Counted from the first letter of the stretch, positions 1 to 11,403 are shown. The stretch: 64,000 nt of DNA from an uncultured Gemmatimonadaceae bacterium (GCA_963716745.1 OY970320.1:544001-608000), one strand, 5' to 3'. Made by a program: numbers and translations. Notes: generated from the letters alone by a model not told the origin.

Positions 1-919
1 GCTTCATCTGGAGGTCGTGCGCCAGCGAGAGTTCCTGCACCAGCCGCTGCTGGCTGAGCGAAGAGCGCACGAGCCGCGTGTTCTGGATCGCGGTGGCGAT
101 CTGCGTGGCGATGGCGGTGATGAGTTTCTGGTCGCCGGCGCTGAACGGCTGCTGCGTGGAGCGGTCGGAGAGGTTCACGACGCCCAGCGGCTCCGTGCCG
201 CCGGCCGGCATCGTCCACATGATCGGCACGGAGAGCATGAGGCCGCGGCGGTAGTACGCCTCGGCTTCGCAATTCGTGCCGGGATCCTCCTCCACGATCA
301 TCGCGCGCTGTTCGCGGAAGACGCGCGCGCTCACCGAGCATTCGTCGTGCAGCGCGATGGGCGGGATGTCGAGCACGCTCACGCCGAGCGCCGCGACCGT
401 CTGCAGCGTGTCGGTGACGCGGTCGTGCACGAGGATCGAACCGCGTCGCGCGCCGACGGTCTCCGAGATCTCGCGCAGGATCGTGGCCGCCGCCTCTTCG
501 AGTGACACCGTGCGTCCCAGGATCTCGGTGATCGTGTACAGCAGATTGATCTCTTCGTACCGCTCGGCGAGCTCGTTCGCGGCGTGCTCCACTTCGAGCG
601 TCGACTGCAGTGACTGCGATACGACGGGCAAGAGGAACCGCGCGCAGCCTTCGAGCGACATGTCGGTGCGGCGGCTCGGTCCCACGGCGAGCCACGCGCG
701 GCGCTGGCCCGGCACGGGGAGCAAGTGCACCGCCCCGCCCGGCGACTCCACGGTGATCGCGGTGGTGCCGGTGAGCGGCGGCGTCCATCCGATGGCGCCC
801 ACGGCGGGCACCGCGGTGGCGATCCGTCGCGGCGGCCGCCCGTCGTCGGCGAGCCACACAGAGGCCGAGCAGGTGGTCGCGTCGCGGAAGCCGGTGAGTA
901 CGGCCTCCAGGTCAGTCAT
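1..919 (-). CDS. GAF-domain SpoIIE/RsbU-family PP2C phosphatase, N-terminal part (runs off window start)
   Basis: Manual minus-strand translation from ATG 919: MTDLEAVLTG...ELAERYEEINLLYTITEILG...GAF (LSVPI..PLGVVNLSDR..FSAGDQKLITAIATQIATAIQN)...QELSLAHDLQMK, the typical entry into a SpoIIE domain; lies downstream of rsbV/rsbW-like genes. Confidence 0.8.
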   Translation of the reverse strand, partial: MTDLEAVLTGFRDATTCSASVWLADDGRPPRRIATAVPAVGAIGWTPPLTGTTAITVESPGGAVHLLPVPGQRRAWLAVGPSRRTDMSLEGCARFLLPVVSQSLQSTLEVEHAANELAERYEEINLLYTITEILGRTVSLEEAAATILREISETVGARRGSILVHDRVTDTLQTVAALGVSVLDIPPIALHDECSVSARVFREQRAMIVEEDPGTNCEAEAYYRRGLMLSVPIMWTMPAGGTEPLGVVNLSDRSTQQPFSAGDQKLITAIATQIATAIQNTRLVRSSLSQQRLVQELSLAHDLQMK

Positions 920-1382
920 GCCGGTGGAGCGTCATCCGCACGACATTGCCGTGATTCGAGAATCGCTCGAGGCGGTCCATTAACCGCGTCATGAGGAAGA
1001 GGCCGCGGCCATCCTCGCGCTCGAGATTGTCGGGCGTGGTGGGATCGCTCAGGCACTCGGCGAGGTCGAACCCCGAGCCCTCGTCCACCACCTCGAGCAC
1101 CACGCGCGCGCGGTTGACGTCGGCCTTCACCTGCACGCGCGGGCCATCGCGATCGCTGTTGCCGCGCAGGATCGCGTTCGACAGCGCTTCGCTCAGCGCG
1201 ACGGGGATGTTGAGCGCGCACTGGCGCTGCGTGAAGCGGAACTGCTCGCAGTGCCGCGCGACGATGTCGACCACCGACTCAATGTAGCGAACGTCGCTCG
1301 GGATCTCGAGCTCGAGCGCCACGCGGAGCCGCAATGTGGCGACGGCGTCGTACGCCGGGTCGCGATCGCCGGTGTCCATCAC
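912..1382 (-). CDS. Anti-sigma factor / serine kinase, RsbW-like (HATPase_c_2)
   Basis: ALSEALSNAILRGN, VVDEGSGFD and GRGLFLMTRLMD motifs. Confidence 0.9.
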   Translation of the reverse strand: MMDTGDRDPAYDAVATLRLRVALELEIPSDVRYIESVVDIVARHCEQFRFTQRQCALNIPVALSEALSNAILRGNSDRDGPRVQVKADVNRARVVLEVVDEGSGFDLAECLSDPTTPDNLEREDGRGLFLMTRLMDRLERFSNHGNVVRMTLHRHD

Positions 1383-1714
1383 TAGAACGACTGGAGCGCC
1401 CGCTCCTTCGTGTCCGAGATCTGGAAGAGCGTGTCGAGCTTCGTGAGCTCGAAGAGCGTCTTGAGATCGTCGTTCAGGTTCGCGAGCCGCAGCTCCCCGC
1501 CCTGCTCGCGGATCTTCTTGGAGAGCGACACGAGCACGCCGAGGCCCGAACTGTCGATGTAGCCGGTGCGGGAGAAGTCGATGAGCACTTTGCGCTCACC
1601 TCTCTCGAGCTCATCCAGGACCTTCTGCTTCAATTCCTGGCGATTGCCCACGATGAGCTGGCCGTCGACATCCACCACCACCACCTCGCCCTGCTTTGCG
1701 ATCGCGAAGCTCAT
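1382..1714 (-). CDS. Anti-sigma factor antagonist (STAS, RsbV/SpoIIAA-like)
   Basis: YIDSSGLGVLV phospho-Ser motif; 110 aa. Confidence 0.92.
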   Translation of the reverse strand: MSFAIAKQGEVVVVDVDGQLIVGNRQELKQKVLDELERGERKVLIDFSRTGYIDSSGLGVLVSLSKKIREQGGELRLANLNDDLKTLFELTKLDTLFQISDTKERALQSF

Positions 1715-2670
1715 GAAGTTCTCCCGGTGCGGTCACTGGTCCACGGTGTCGCCTGAAGGGCGGCGATGGCGGCCACATTGATTATGTCATCAGCGCTCGC
1801 GCCGCGCGAGAGATCGGTGCACGGTTTCGCGAGCCCCTGAATGATAGGGCCGATCGCGCGTGCGCGCGCCAGGCGCTCCACCAGTTTATACGCGGAATTG
1901 CCGGCGTCGAGTGAGGGGAATATCAGGACATTGGCGCCGCCCGCCACCGGGCTCCCCGGCGCCTTGCGGCGGCCCACCTCTGTCATGAGTGCGGCGTCGG
2001 CCTGCAGTTCGCCGTCCACGGGGAAATCGGCGCCGCGCGCGCGGAGGATCGCGACGGCCTCGCGCACGCGGTCGACACTGGTGCCGCTGCCGCTGCCGAG
2101 CGTGGAATAGGACAGCAGGGCGACGCGCGGCTCGTCGCCCACAATGCGGCGCCGGTCGCGCGCCGCCGATTCCGCGATGTCGGCGAGCTGCGCGGGCGTG
2201 GGCTCGGGCACCACGGCGCAGTCGGCGAAGGTGAGCACCTCTTCGCCCGCGCCGCGAAAATCGGCCGTCACCATGTAGAACGCGCTCGAAACGGTCGTCA
2301 CGCCGGCGGCGGGGCCGATCGTCCAGAGCGCGGCGTGCAGCACCTGCGCGGTGGTGTGCACCGCGCCCGCCACGCAGGCATCGGCCTGGCCGAGGGCGAC
2401 GAGGCCGTCGGCGAGATACAGCGCGTCGCGCGAGAGTGTGTCGGCCTGCTCCGCCGATAGTCCCTTGGCGCCGCGGCGCGCGAGCAACAACGCGGCCACA
2501 TCGCCGCACGCCGGATGATTCGCCGGATCGCGCAACAGCAGCGGCTCCACGATGCGCTCGCGCGCGAGGACCGCCACCGCCTCGAGGGTGCGCCCGTCAT
2601 CGCTCTCGGGGAAGACGATGCGCCGGCCGGCCGCCGTGGCGCGCTGGCGCACCGAGGCGACGAAGTTCAC
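1711..2670 (-). CDS. pta: Phosphate acetyltransferase
   Basis: RIVFPES, FADCAV, DGELQADAAL, ANVLIFPSLDAGN, DLSRGAS; GTG start inferred at 2670 overlapping the coaD stop. Confidence 0.9.
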   Translation of the reverse strand: MNFVASVRQRATAAGRRIVFPESDDGRTLEAVAVLARERIVEPLLLRDPANHPACGDVAALLLARRGAKGLSAEQADTLSRDALYLADGLVALGQADACVAGAVHTTAQVLHAALWTIGPAAGVTTVSSAFYMVTADFRGAGEEVLTFADCAVVPEPTPAQLADIAESAARDRRRIVGDEPRVALLSYSTLGSGSGTSVDRVREAVAILRARGADFPVDGELQADAALMTEVGRRKAPGSPVAGGANVLIFPSLDAGNSAYKLVERLARARAIGPIIQGLAKPCTDLSRGASADDIINVAAIAALQATPWTSDRTGRTS

Positions 2671-3149
2671 GCCGACTTGAACTTCGCCTTGAGCGCGCGC
2701 TCCACCACCGGATGCACGAGCCCGGCGGTGTTGCCGCCGTAGCGCGCGACCTCGCGCACGATGCTCGAGCTCACGTACGTGAGATCGATGCCCGGCACCA
2801 TGAACACGGTCTCGAGCGCGGGATGCAGGTGCCGGTTCATGAGCGCCATCTGGTATTCGTATTCGAAATCTGCAACCGCGCGCAGTCCGCGAATGGAGAG
2901 CGTCGCCCCGGCGCTGCGCGCGAAATCCACGAGCAGGCCGTTGAACTCCGCGACGTCCACACGCTTGTCGTCCACCGATTCCTTGATGAAGCGCATGCGC
3001 TCCTCGACGCTGAACAGTGGCTGCTTGGTCGAGTTGATCGCCACCGCCACCACGAGCCGGTCGCAGAATGCGAGCGAGCGGCGGATGAGGTCCTCGTGTC
3101 CGCGGGTGATCGGATCGAAGCTGCCGGCATATACGGCGATCTTGCTCAT
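2667..3149 (-). CDS. coaD: Pantetheine-phosphate adenylyltransferase
   Basis: YAGSFDPITRGHED, RGLRAVADFEYE, VSSSIVRE. Confidence 0.97.
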   Translation of the reverse strand: MSKIAVYAGSFDPITRGHEDLIRRSLAFCDRLVVAVAINSTKQPLFSVEERMRFIKESVDDKRVDVAEFNGLLVDFARSAGATLSIRGLRAVADFEYEYQMALMNRHLHPALETVFMVPGIDLTYVSSSIVREVARYGGNTAGLVHPVVERALKAKFKSA

Positions 3150-3706
3150 GTCGCGTCACTCGCAGGAGTGGGTGCCGCCGCGCCGGCGCCGGCGCTGCGG
3201 TAGAACGTGATCGCGGTATCGCCGTACCGCCTCGTGTCGCCGCCCGGCGGCATCGTCTCCTTCGCCGCGTGCTCGATGCCGATGTGTGCCGCGAACGGCA
3301 CGGCGAGCCAGCGCTTCGCGACGCGATCAGCGAGTCCGAGTCCGTACGGTGGATCGACGAACGCCATATCGTACGCGTTCGCGGCCAGTCTTTCAATGAA
3401 GCGCAGCGCGTCGGCGCGGTGCACCTCGGCGCGGTCGCCGGCGCCGAGCTGCTCGATGTTGCGGCCCAGCGTCGCGAGACTCTTCGGCGCATACTCCACG
3501 AAATCGGCGTGCACGGCGCCGCGCGAGAGCGCTTCGAGCCCCAGCGCGCCCGAGCCGGCGAAGAGGTCCAGCACGCGCGCGCCGCTCAGTTCCCCCTGCA
3601 CGATGCTCATCCACGCTTCGCGCACGCGGTCGGCGGTGGGGCGCACGGTGGCGCCCGCCGGCGCCGAGATGATCCGGCCGCGCCATTCCCCCGCCACGAT
3701 GCGCAC
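3146..3706 (-). CDS. rsmD: 16S rRNA m2G966 methyltransferase
   Basis: VRIVAGEWRGR, RPTADRVREA, VLDLFAGSGALGLEALSRGA, DPPY. Confidence 0.93.
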   Translation of the reverse strand: MRIVAGEWRGRIISAPAGATVRPTADRVREAWMSIVQGELSGARVLDLFAGSGALGLEALSRGAVHADFVEYAPKSLATLGRNIEQLGAGDRAEVHRADALRFIERLAANAYDMAFVDPPYGLGLADRVAKRWLAVPFAAHIGIEHAAKETMPPGGDTRRYGDTAITFYRSAGAGAAAPTPASDAT

Positions 3707-3708
3707 CG

Positions 3709-5434
3709 TCAGGCGCGGATGTCGGCGATCTTCGCCTGCAGCCGCGACTCGCCCTGGTACTCGTCGCGCTCGAGGCGGAACGCGACGTCCACCGCACCGC
3801 CGGCCGCGAGCGACGATGCGCGGCCGCCCATCCCCCAGCCGATCGCGTCGAGCTCGGCGGCGCCGTCGGCGAGGCGCAGCTTGAGGTGCGTGTTCTCCTT
3901 GCCCATGGTGCGCGGCGCGCCGGCAAGCGACACGCGCGCGCGCGACGAACACCGGCGCGGGATTGCCGGGGCCGAACGGCTCCATGTGGCGCATGAGTGC
4001 CTCGAGGTCGGCGGTCGCGGCGGACGAGCGGGATCTCGAGGTCCACTCGCAGTTCCGGCACGAGGTCGTCGGCGGTGAGACGTGCGCACGCGACCTCGTT
4101 GAACCGCTGCGACGAACGCCTCGAGCTGGCCCGACGCGAGCGTGACGCCGGCCGCGGCGCGATGACCGCCATAGCGCACGAGCAAGTCGGCGCACTCGCC
4201 GAGCGCGCCATGGAGATCGAACGCCGAGATCGAGCGGCCGGAACCCTTCCCTTCCGCGCCATTGAGCGCGATCAGGATCGCCGGGCGCGCGAACCGCTCC
4301 ACAATGCGCGACGCGACGATGCCGATCACCCCGGGATGCCAGCCCTCCGCCGCGATCACGAGTCCGCGCGTCGCGTCGAGGTCGAGGCGCTCCACCATCT
4401 CGATCGCGGTGGTGAGCGTCTTCTGGTCGAGGTCCTGGCGGCGGCGGTTGAGTTCCTCGAAATCGCGCGCGAGACGCATCGCCTCCTGCGGATCGTTCGT
4501 GGTGAGCAGCTCGACGCCGCGGATCGCTTCGCCGAGCCGGCCGACGGCGTTCAATCGCGGCGCCAGCCCGAAGCCGACGCGGCCGGCGGTGAGCGGTTTG
4601 CCATCGAGTCCCGCCGCGCGGATCAGCGCGCGCAGCCCGGGATTCGGCGAATCGGACATGACTCTTAGGCCATAGCGCGCGATCACGCGATTCTCGCCGC
4701 GCAGCGGCGCGACGTCGGCGATCGTCGCGAGCGCCGCGAGGTCGATCATCTTGAACACTTCGTTCTCGTCGCCGCCCTCGGCCGCCGTGACGGCGAGCGC
4801 GAGCTTGAATGCGAGCCCCGCCGCGGCAAGATCGGGATCGGGATACTCGGCGCCCGCGCGCTTGGGATTCACCAGCGCCGCGCACGGCGGCGCCTCGCCG
4901 CTCGGCAGGTGGTGATCGACGATGATGAGATCGATCCCCGCGTCGCGCAGCGCGTGGGCCGCTTCGCGCGCGTTCGTGCCGCAGTCGCAACTGATCACGA
5001 GCTTCGCTTCGGCGGCCACGGCGGCGCGCACGCCGGCCATCGAGAGGTCGTAGCCATCCTCGATGCGGCGCGGGATGAACGGCGTCACGCGCGCGCCGAG
5101 CGCGCGCAACGCGCGCAGCCATGATGGCGGTGGAGGCCATGCCGTCCACGTCGTAGTCGCCGTGCAGGAGGATCATCTCGCCGTCGTGCAGCGCGCGCGT
5201 GATGCGCGCGACCGCGTCGTCCATGCCCGGCAGACGCGATGGCGGCAGCAGCTGGTCGAGTCGCGGGCGTAAGTATCGTCGCGCGTCGTCAATGCCCGAG
5301 TAGCCGCGGCGCGCGAGCAGTTCGCAGATCGCGGGCGGCAAGTGCAACTCAGCCGCGAGTGCGGCGATCGATGCGCTCGACGCGGCATCGGGCGGCGCCG
5401 GAAGGCGCCATCGCGTCGCGGGCGACGGGTTCAT
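3709..5434 (-). CDS. recJ: Single-stranded DNA exonuclease RecJ (several frameshifts, probably sequencing errors)
   Basis: GDYDVDG, DCG, DHH, ATIADVAPL, WHPGVIGIVASR, GGHRAAAG, EPFGPGNP split over three frames (shifts near 5115, 4105, 4020, 3940). Confidence 0.9.
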
Positions 5435-5470
5435 TCTGTCAACGTACGCCGGGATGCTCCACCACCGTCA

Positions 5471-6175
5471 TCATGCCGTTGCGTAGAGGAGCACGCCGCA
5501 GCCTTCACACACCTCGATCGCCTTGCCGCCGGCAATGCCGTTGCGCCGCTGCAGCGGGATCGCCGTGTTGCAGCGCCCGCAGGCTTGGCCGCGCAGCGCG
5601 AAGAGCGGTTCCGATTGCCCGCGGTCGCGGAGCCGCTCGTACTTGCTGAGCATCCCCTTCGAGACGCCCGCCGATGTTCCGGTCCGCTTGGCGATCGCGG
5701 CCGCCAGTTCCTTCTCGACCCCGGCGCGCGTCTCCGCGATCGTTGTGCGCTCCTCGGACTGCTTCTGCTCGATCTCCGCGATCTCGAGTTCCTGCAAGCC
5801 GGCCGCCTGCCGCAGGTCCATGATGCGCGAACCCATCGCGTGCAGGTCGCTCTCCTCCTGCGCGAGCACTTTGCGCGTCATCTCGATCTGCGCCATCGCG
5901 GCGGTCGCCTCGCGCGGCTTGCGCACCGCATCGAGCGCGCCCACGTGATGTTCCTGCAGCGCCTTGTGGTCCTGCACCTTGTTCGTGAGATCGCGATGGC
6001 GCGTCTCCTCGGCCTCCAGCGCCGTCTTCGCGCGCGTGAGCGCGGCGGACGCGCCGGCCTTCGCGCGGTCGAGTGCCGCGACCTGTTCATCGATCTCCTT
6101 CAATCGCGATCGTACCTGCTGGACGGCGAGATCATCCTGCTGCAGCGCCAGCAGGCTTACCAGATCTGGATTCAC
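5471..6175 (-). CDS. C4-type zinc-ribbon coiled-coil protein (DUF164 / CT398-like)
   Basis: Long coiled coil then CGRC...CEGCGVLLY; GTG start at 6175 with AAGGAGG upstream. Confidence 0.85.
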   Translation of the reverse strand: MNPDLVSLLALQQDDLAVQQVRSRLKEIDEQVAALDRAKAGASAALTRAKTALEAEETRHRDLTNKVQDHKALQEHHVGALDAVRKPREATAAMAQIEMTRKVLAQEESDLHAMGSRIMDLRQAAGLQELEIAEIEQKQSEERTTIAETRAGVEKELAAAIAKRTGTSAGVSKGMLSKYERLRDRGQSEPLFALRGQACGRCNTAIPLQRRNGIAGGKAIEVCEGCGVLLYATA

Positions 6176-6197
6176 GAGAACCTCCTTAGAGTGTTGA

Positions 6198-8027
6198 TCA
6201 TCGGGCGAACGACTTGTATCGCCGCACGCCGAGCGCGACGACTTCGCGGTGCAACCGCTGCTTCTCGGCGAGCAATGCATCCTGTTCTTCCGGCGACGCG
6301 ATGCGGATCTCGCCGTCGATCTCGTCCAGTCGGCGCTCGATGAGCGCCGCGCGAATGTGGGCCAGGCAGCCGCTCAGCAGACTGGCCCGTGTCGAGTCCA
6401 TCCATCAGCGGCCGTTCGAGCAGCTCCTGGAAGAGCGGGCAAACTCTCGGGTTCGAGTCTCGGCGCGCAAGATCGCCGCTGGGGAGCGACGGGTCCGCGG
6501 CGATGATCGCCCGCATGATGTCGCGCAGCGTGGGATCGCTCAGGTCATCGGGACCCACCTGCTCGCTCGCGCCCTCGACGAGTGCGCGATCGTGCAGCAG
6601 AAGCCACACGAGGTCGCGCTCCGACGCCGGCGCGCGCGTGCTCGATCGCACCGGCGCGCGGCTGCGCAGCGGCGGCACCGGCGCGTTGGCCCGCTGCTCG
6701 TATCCCGGAACCGCCCGCGATCTATCGCGAGTCTCTCCAGGCGCCGGCATGGCATCGACCTCGCGACCCACGATCTCCTTTGCCACACCCGCCACTTCAG
6801 CAGTTCGGGTGAGGTAGATCTCCCGCATCAGCGGATCCGACGTCGCGCGGATGGTGGGCAGCAACCGGTCGAGCGCGCGGCGCTTCGTCGTGAGATCGGC
6901 GAACCATCCGGCGCGCTGCAGCAGCTGCACTTTGCGCTCGAACACGTTGATCGCGTGACCGAGCTGCTCGCGCAGCGCCGCGCCGCCCTGCTTGTCCACG
7001 AAGCTGTCGGGATCCTCGCCCTCCGGCAGCGTCACGACCTGCACCGACATCCCCTGCCGCAGCAGCTGGTCGCCCGACCGGAACGTCGCCTTGAGTCCGG
7101 CGCGGTCCGAATCGTAGAGCAGGAAGGCGTTCTTCGTGTAGTTCCGGATCAGCGCGCTCTGCTCGTCGGTGAGCGCGGTGCCGAGCGGCGCCACCACCCA
7201 GTCGAATCCCGCGGACACGAGGCGCACCACGTCGAAGTATCCCTCGACCACCATCACGCGATCGTCCTTCCGGATCTGGTGCTTCGCCATGTTGAGCCCG
7301 TACAGCAGCTTCGACTTCGAATACACGGGCGACTCGGCGCTGTTCAGGTACTTCGGCTCGCCCGGCCCGAGCAGCCGGCCGCCGAAGCCCACCGAATTGC
7401 TCGACGCATCGAGGATCGGGAACATGAGGCGGCTGCGGAATCGCGGACGCAGTTCCCCGCTCTCCTCACGCCGCACCAGCAGACCGGCGGTGAGCAGCAC
7501 CTCGTCGCTCATGCCGATCTTGTTCGAGATGCCCGCGCATCGCCGCCGGATCGCGCGGCGCGTAGCCGAGGCCGAAGCGGTCGGCGACGTCGCGCGACAC
7601 GCGGCGGAGCGAGAGATAGTTGCGCGCTTCCTCGCCTTCCTTCTCGTCCCACAGCTGCGTGCGGAAGTAATCGGCGACCGCGCTGTTCGCGTCCCACAGC
7701 GGCTGCCGCGGATCGGGGCCTTCGCGGCGCTGCCGCGTCTCCTCCACGATGATCCCGACGCGTTCGGCCACCTGCTTCACCGCCGACGGGAAATCGATGC
7801 CGAGCTGCTTTTGCAGGAAGGTGAACACGTCGCCCTTCTCGCCGCAGACGAAGCAGATGTAGAGTCCCTTCGACGGCACGACGGAGAAGTTCGGATGCGT
7901 GCCCTTGATGGAACGGGCACGGCCCGCGCCAGCTGTTGCCCACCTTCTTGAGCTTCACGTGCTCGCCGATCACCTGCGCGATGTCCACGGCTTCGCGCAC
8001 CTTCTCGACCGTCTCGTCGGTGATCAT
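6198..8027 (-). CDS. dnaG: DNA primase (frameshifted, probably sequencing errors)
   Basis: CPFH zinc finger, FRSRLMFPI, GFGGR, KYLNSAES, VVEGYFDV, YDSDRAG, DPDS across four ORF fragments. Confidence 0.93.
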
Positions 8028-8031
8028 CGCG

Positions 8032-10418
8032 CTACCTCAGCTCCGCCACGGTCATGCCCGCGCCGCCTTCGTTCCACGCACCGAGCCGGTGCGACGCGAC
8101 GCGCGGATCGCCGGTGAGGATCTCGCCCGCGCGTTCGCGCAGCGCACCGGTGCCTTTGCCGTGGATGATCCGCAACTCTTTCACATCGGAGCGCACGGCC
8201 GAGTCGATGGCGGCGATGAGCGCCTGCTCCATCTCGTCCACGCGGAGTCCGCGCAGGTCTACTTCCGTGACCGGGTTCTCGATCTGGCATCGACGTGAAG
8301 TGCGACGGCACGCCGGTGGCGGCGCCCGCCGGCGCGGTCGCGCGCGCGGTGCGCCTGAGCGTATGCGCCGGCACGCGCAGCTTCATCGCGCCCACGGCCA
8401 CAATGGCTTCTTCATCGCGCAGCGAGATCACGGTGCCCACGCGCCCCGCGAGCGTCTCGACCGCCACCGCGTCGCCCGGCGACAGCGCCACGCCGGCGAC
8501 ATCCGCGGCTTCGTCGGGCTGCACCTCGGGCGCCTCCCGCTCCAGCTCACGCACCGCGCTCGCCTGTGCTCCCGCGAGTTCCTCGATCCGCCGGCGCGCC
8601 GCCTTGGCCGCCTGCTCGTTCGCGCCGGCATCGCGCAGCTCCTGCACGACGCGCTCCACATCGCGACGCGCGGCGAGCAGCATCGCGCGCGACTCCTCGC
8701 GCGCGCGCCGCTCGAGCGTGCGCTCCGCCTCACGCGCCGCCTTCTCGCGCGCGCCGACATTCGCGAGCCGCGCCGCCGCGCTCTCGTGCGCCATGGCCGC
8801 ATCGCGCTCGCGCTGCTCGAGCTCCGCCGACCGGCGTTCGAGATCGGCGAGCAGCGCGTTGAGATCGCGCTCCTGCCCCGACATCCGCTCCTCGGCTCGC
8901 GCGAGCACATCCTCTGGCAGCGCGAGCCGCCGCGCGATGCCCAGCCCGTACGATCGGCCCGGCACGCCCTTCAGCAGCCGGTACGTCGGCTCGAGCCGCT
9001 TCTCGTCGAACTGCAGCGACGCGTTCACGACGCCGGGCCGCTCGGTGGCCAGCAGCTTGAGCGCGCCGAGATGCGTGGTCGCCACGGTGCGCGTGCCGCG
9101 AGTGGTGAGCGCCTCGAGCACCGCCGCGCCGAGCGCCGCGCCCTCCGCCGGATCGGTGCCCGAGCCGAGTTCATCGACGAGCGCGAGCGAGTCGCCGGTC
9201 GCGCGCGCGAGGATCTCGCCGAGGTTCCGGAGATGCGCGCTGAACGTGGAGAGGCTCGCTTCGATCGATTGCTCGTCGCCAATGTCGGCGAAGCAGTCGT
9301 CGAAGATCGGGATGCGGCTCTCGTCGCCGACCGTTGCGGGGATCCCGGCCTGCGTCATCGCCGAGAGAAGCCCGAGCGCCTTGAGGAGCACCGTCTTGCC
9401 GCCGGTGTTCGGCCCCGAGAGCAAAAGCGTGCGCTCGCCCGCGTCCATCGCGAGATCGAAGGGAACCACCGCACCCGCGCGCGCCACGAGCAAGCGGATG
9501 CCGACCCGCGAAGATCGCGAACCCTTCGCCCGGCGCCGCGAGCGCGGCGGGCACGCACGCGAATTCGTCGGCGAAGCAGGCGCGCGCGTAGAGCGTGTCG
9601 AGCACGATGAGCGCCTCGAGCGACGCGCCGAGCGCATCGCGCAGCGGACGCACCTCGTCGCTAAGCGCCGCAAGGACGCGTTCGATCTCGTCGCGCTCCT
9701 CTGCCTCGAGTTCGCGAATGCGATTCCCGAGTTCCACCGCCGCGGGCGGTTCCACGAAGAGCGTGCCGCGGCTGCCCGATTCGTCGTGCACGATGCCGCC
9801 CACGGAGTTGCGTCCCTCGCGCCGCACCGGGATCACGTAGCGTCCGTTGCGCATCGTGACCGACATGTCGGCCACGCGCGCGTTGGTATCGAGCTTGGCG
9901 AGGATCTTCTCGAGCATCTGCACGAGTTCCGACTGGGACGACGTGCGCTCGCGGCGGAGTTTGCGCAGCGCCGATGACGCGGAATCGAGGATGCTGTGAT
10001 CTTCGGCGATCGCCTTCGAGATCGATGCCTCCTCAGATTTCGCGACCACCAGTCCGGCGGCCAGCGGCGCGAGCCCGCTCGCCGCGCGCGCGGGGGCGAG
10101 CGCATCGCGCGTGAGGCGCGACGAGCGCAGCAGCGTGCCGATCCCGAAGAGATCGCCGGCGCTGAGTACGCTTCCCTCGGCGCGCAGCCGAGCGAGCGCG
10201 GGCGCGACGTCCGGAATCGCTTCGGGGCGCCAGCCGTCAGAACCCGCGATCGCCGTGCGCGCCGCTCCGACCAATGCGTGCTCGCGCTCGATCCATGCGC
10301 GGTCCGCATGCGGCGCGAACGTGCGCACGCGTGCGGCGCCGAGCGCCGAGGCGGCGCGGCCGGCCACGAGGTCGAGCACCTGCGGGAACTCGAGCACCAC
10401 GAGCGCGTGCCGGTTCAC
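8032..10418 (-). CDS. mutS2: Endonuclease MutS2 (frameshifted)
   Basis: RNGRYVIPV, GIVHDESGSRGTLFVEP, GPNTGGKT, DIGDEQSIEASLSTFS, DELGSGTDP, C-terminal Smr IIHGKGTGALR; shifts near 9500 and 8290. Confidence 0.92.
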
Positions 10419-10440
10419 GACCCCACCCCCACAAAGGGCT

Positions 10441-10480
10441 GGCGCCCGGACGGGAGCAACTTCGCTCGCGTCCGGGCGCC
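10441..10480. repeat. GC-rich hairpin between yqeY and mutS2
   Basis: ggcgcccggacg...cgtccgggcgcc inverted repeat, no U-tract. Confidence 0.5.
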
Positions 10481-10506
10481 GGGGTGTGTCGCGGAGATGA
10501 TCACGG

Positions 10507-10950
10507 TCAGGGCTGAGGGCCCAGCTCCTCGCGCGCGATGCGGTTGATGACCGATCCATCGGCGCGACCTTTGAATTGCGGCATCACTTTGCCCATGACG
10601 GCGCCGATGTTCTTCGCGCCGCCCGCGACCGCGGCCTTGATCGCCACGCGCAGCTCGTCGTCGCTCACCGACGCGGGGAGATACTTCTCGAGCGCGGTGA
10701 ACTCCGCGCGCTCGCGCGACGCGAGATCCTCACGCGCGCCCTTCTCGTACATCTCCACGCTCTCCTTGCGGCGCTTGATCCCGCGGCGCAACACGTCGAC
10801 GATGTCGTCATCGGTCAGATCGCGCTGCAGCTCGATCCGCTTGTTCTTCACGTCGGCGAGGATGGTGCTCAGCAGGAGAGTGCCGAATTTATCCTGCGCC
10901 TTCCTCGCCGAATTGAGGTCGGCTTGGAGCTTGTCCTGGAGAGCTGCCAT
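10507..10950 (-). CDS. GatB/YqeY domain protein
   Basis: IKRRKESVEMYEKGAREDLA..LEKYLP..IGAVMGKVMPQFKGRADG. Confidence 0.92.
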   Translation of the reverse strand: MAALQDKLQADLNSARKAQDKFGTLLLSTILADVKNKRIELQRDLTDDDIVDVLRRGIKRRKESVEMYEKGAREDLASRERAEFTALEKYLPASVSDDELRVAIKAAVAGGAKNIGAVMGKVMPQFKGRADGSVINRIAREELGPQP

Positions 10951-11008
10951 AGGACGCGAAACTTACCCCAGCGCACGGGAGCGTTCAAGCGAGCGGATCA
11001 TCGCGCTA

Positions 11009-11391
11009 CCGGTCGCGGGACTGCCTCCGGCTAGGCCGCTTTCGCTCAAACCGCTTCGAGCCTCGCGCACACGACGCGCGAGTCTCTCGCTTTTCGCTAA
11101 CGCGGCTGCGCCGGAGGCAATCCCGCTCCCTCTCATCGATCACGTGCGCTCGAGGCACGAACGTGGCGCTCGGCGCGCGCTAACCCATCGGCGCGCACAG
11201 ACGGACTCGCTCACTTCGCACCATCGTGCTCGCTGTGGGAGCTTGCGCGCCCGACGATCGATGAGAGGGAGCGACGCCGCCTCCGGCGCAGCCGCGATAG
11301 CGAAAAGCGAGAGACTCGCGGCGCCGTTCAGCCGCGAGGCTCGAAGCGGTTTGAGCGAAAGCGGCCTAGCCGGAGACGGAGTCGCGACCGG
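11009..11391. repeat. Long imperfect inverted repeat (arms ~133 bp: 11009-11141 and 11256-11391); MITE-like or structured RNA
   Basis: ctccggctaggccgctttcgctcaaaccgcttcgagcctcgcg pairs with cgcgaggctcgaagcggtttgagcgaaagcggcctagccggag; cgctccctctcatcgatc pairs with gatcgatgagagggagcg. Confidence 0.9.
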
Positions 11392-11403
11392 CTGCGCGAG
11401 ATT

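Noticed and set aside
3146..5434. RecJ-RsmD fusion suggested by the 762-aa ORF, and the extended pta, obgE, hemW and rarA ORFs
   Set aside because: Artefacts of frameshifts and stop-poor GC-rich frames; the intervening translation is Arg/Ala-rich nonsense.
10951..11403. rpsU or another small gene between hinT and yqeY
   Set aside because: No S21-like or otherwise credible ORF found; the space is taken by the inverted repeat.
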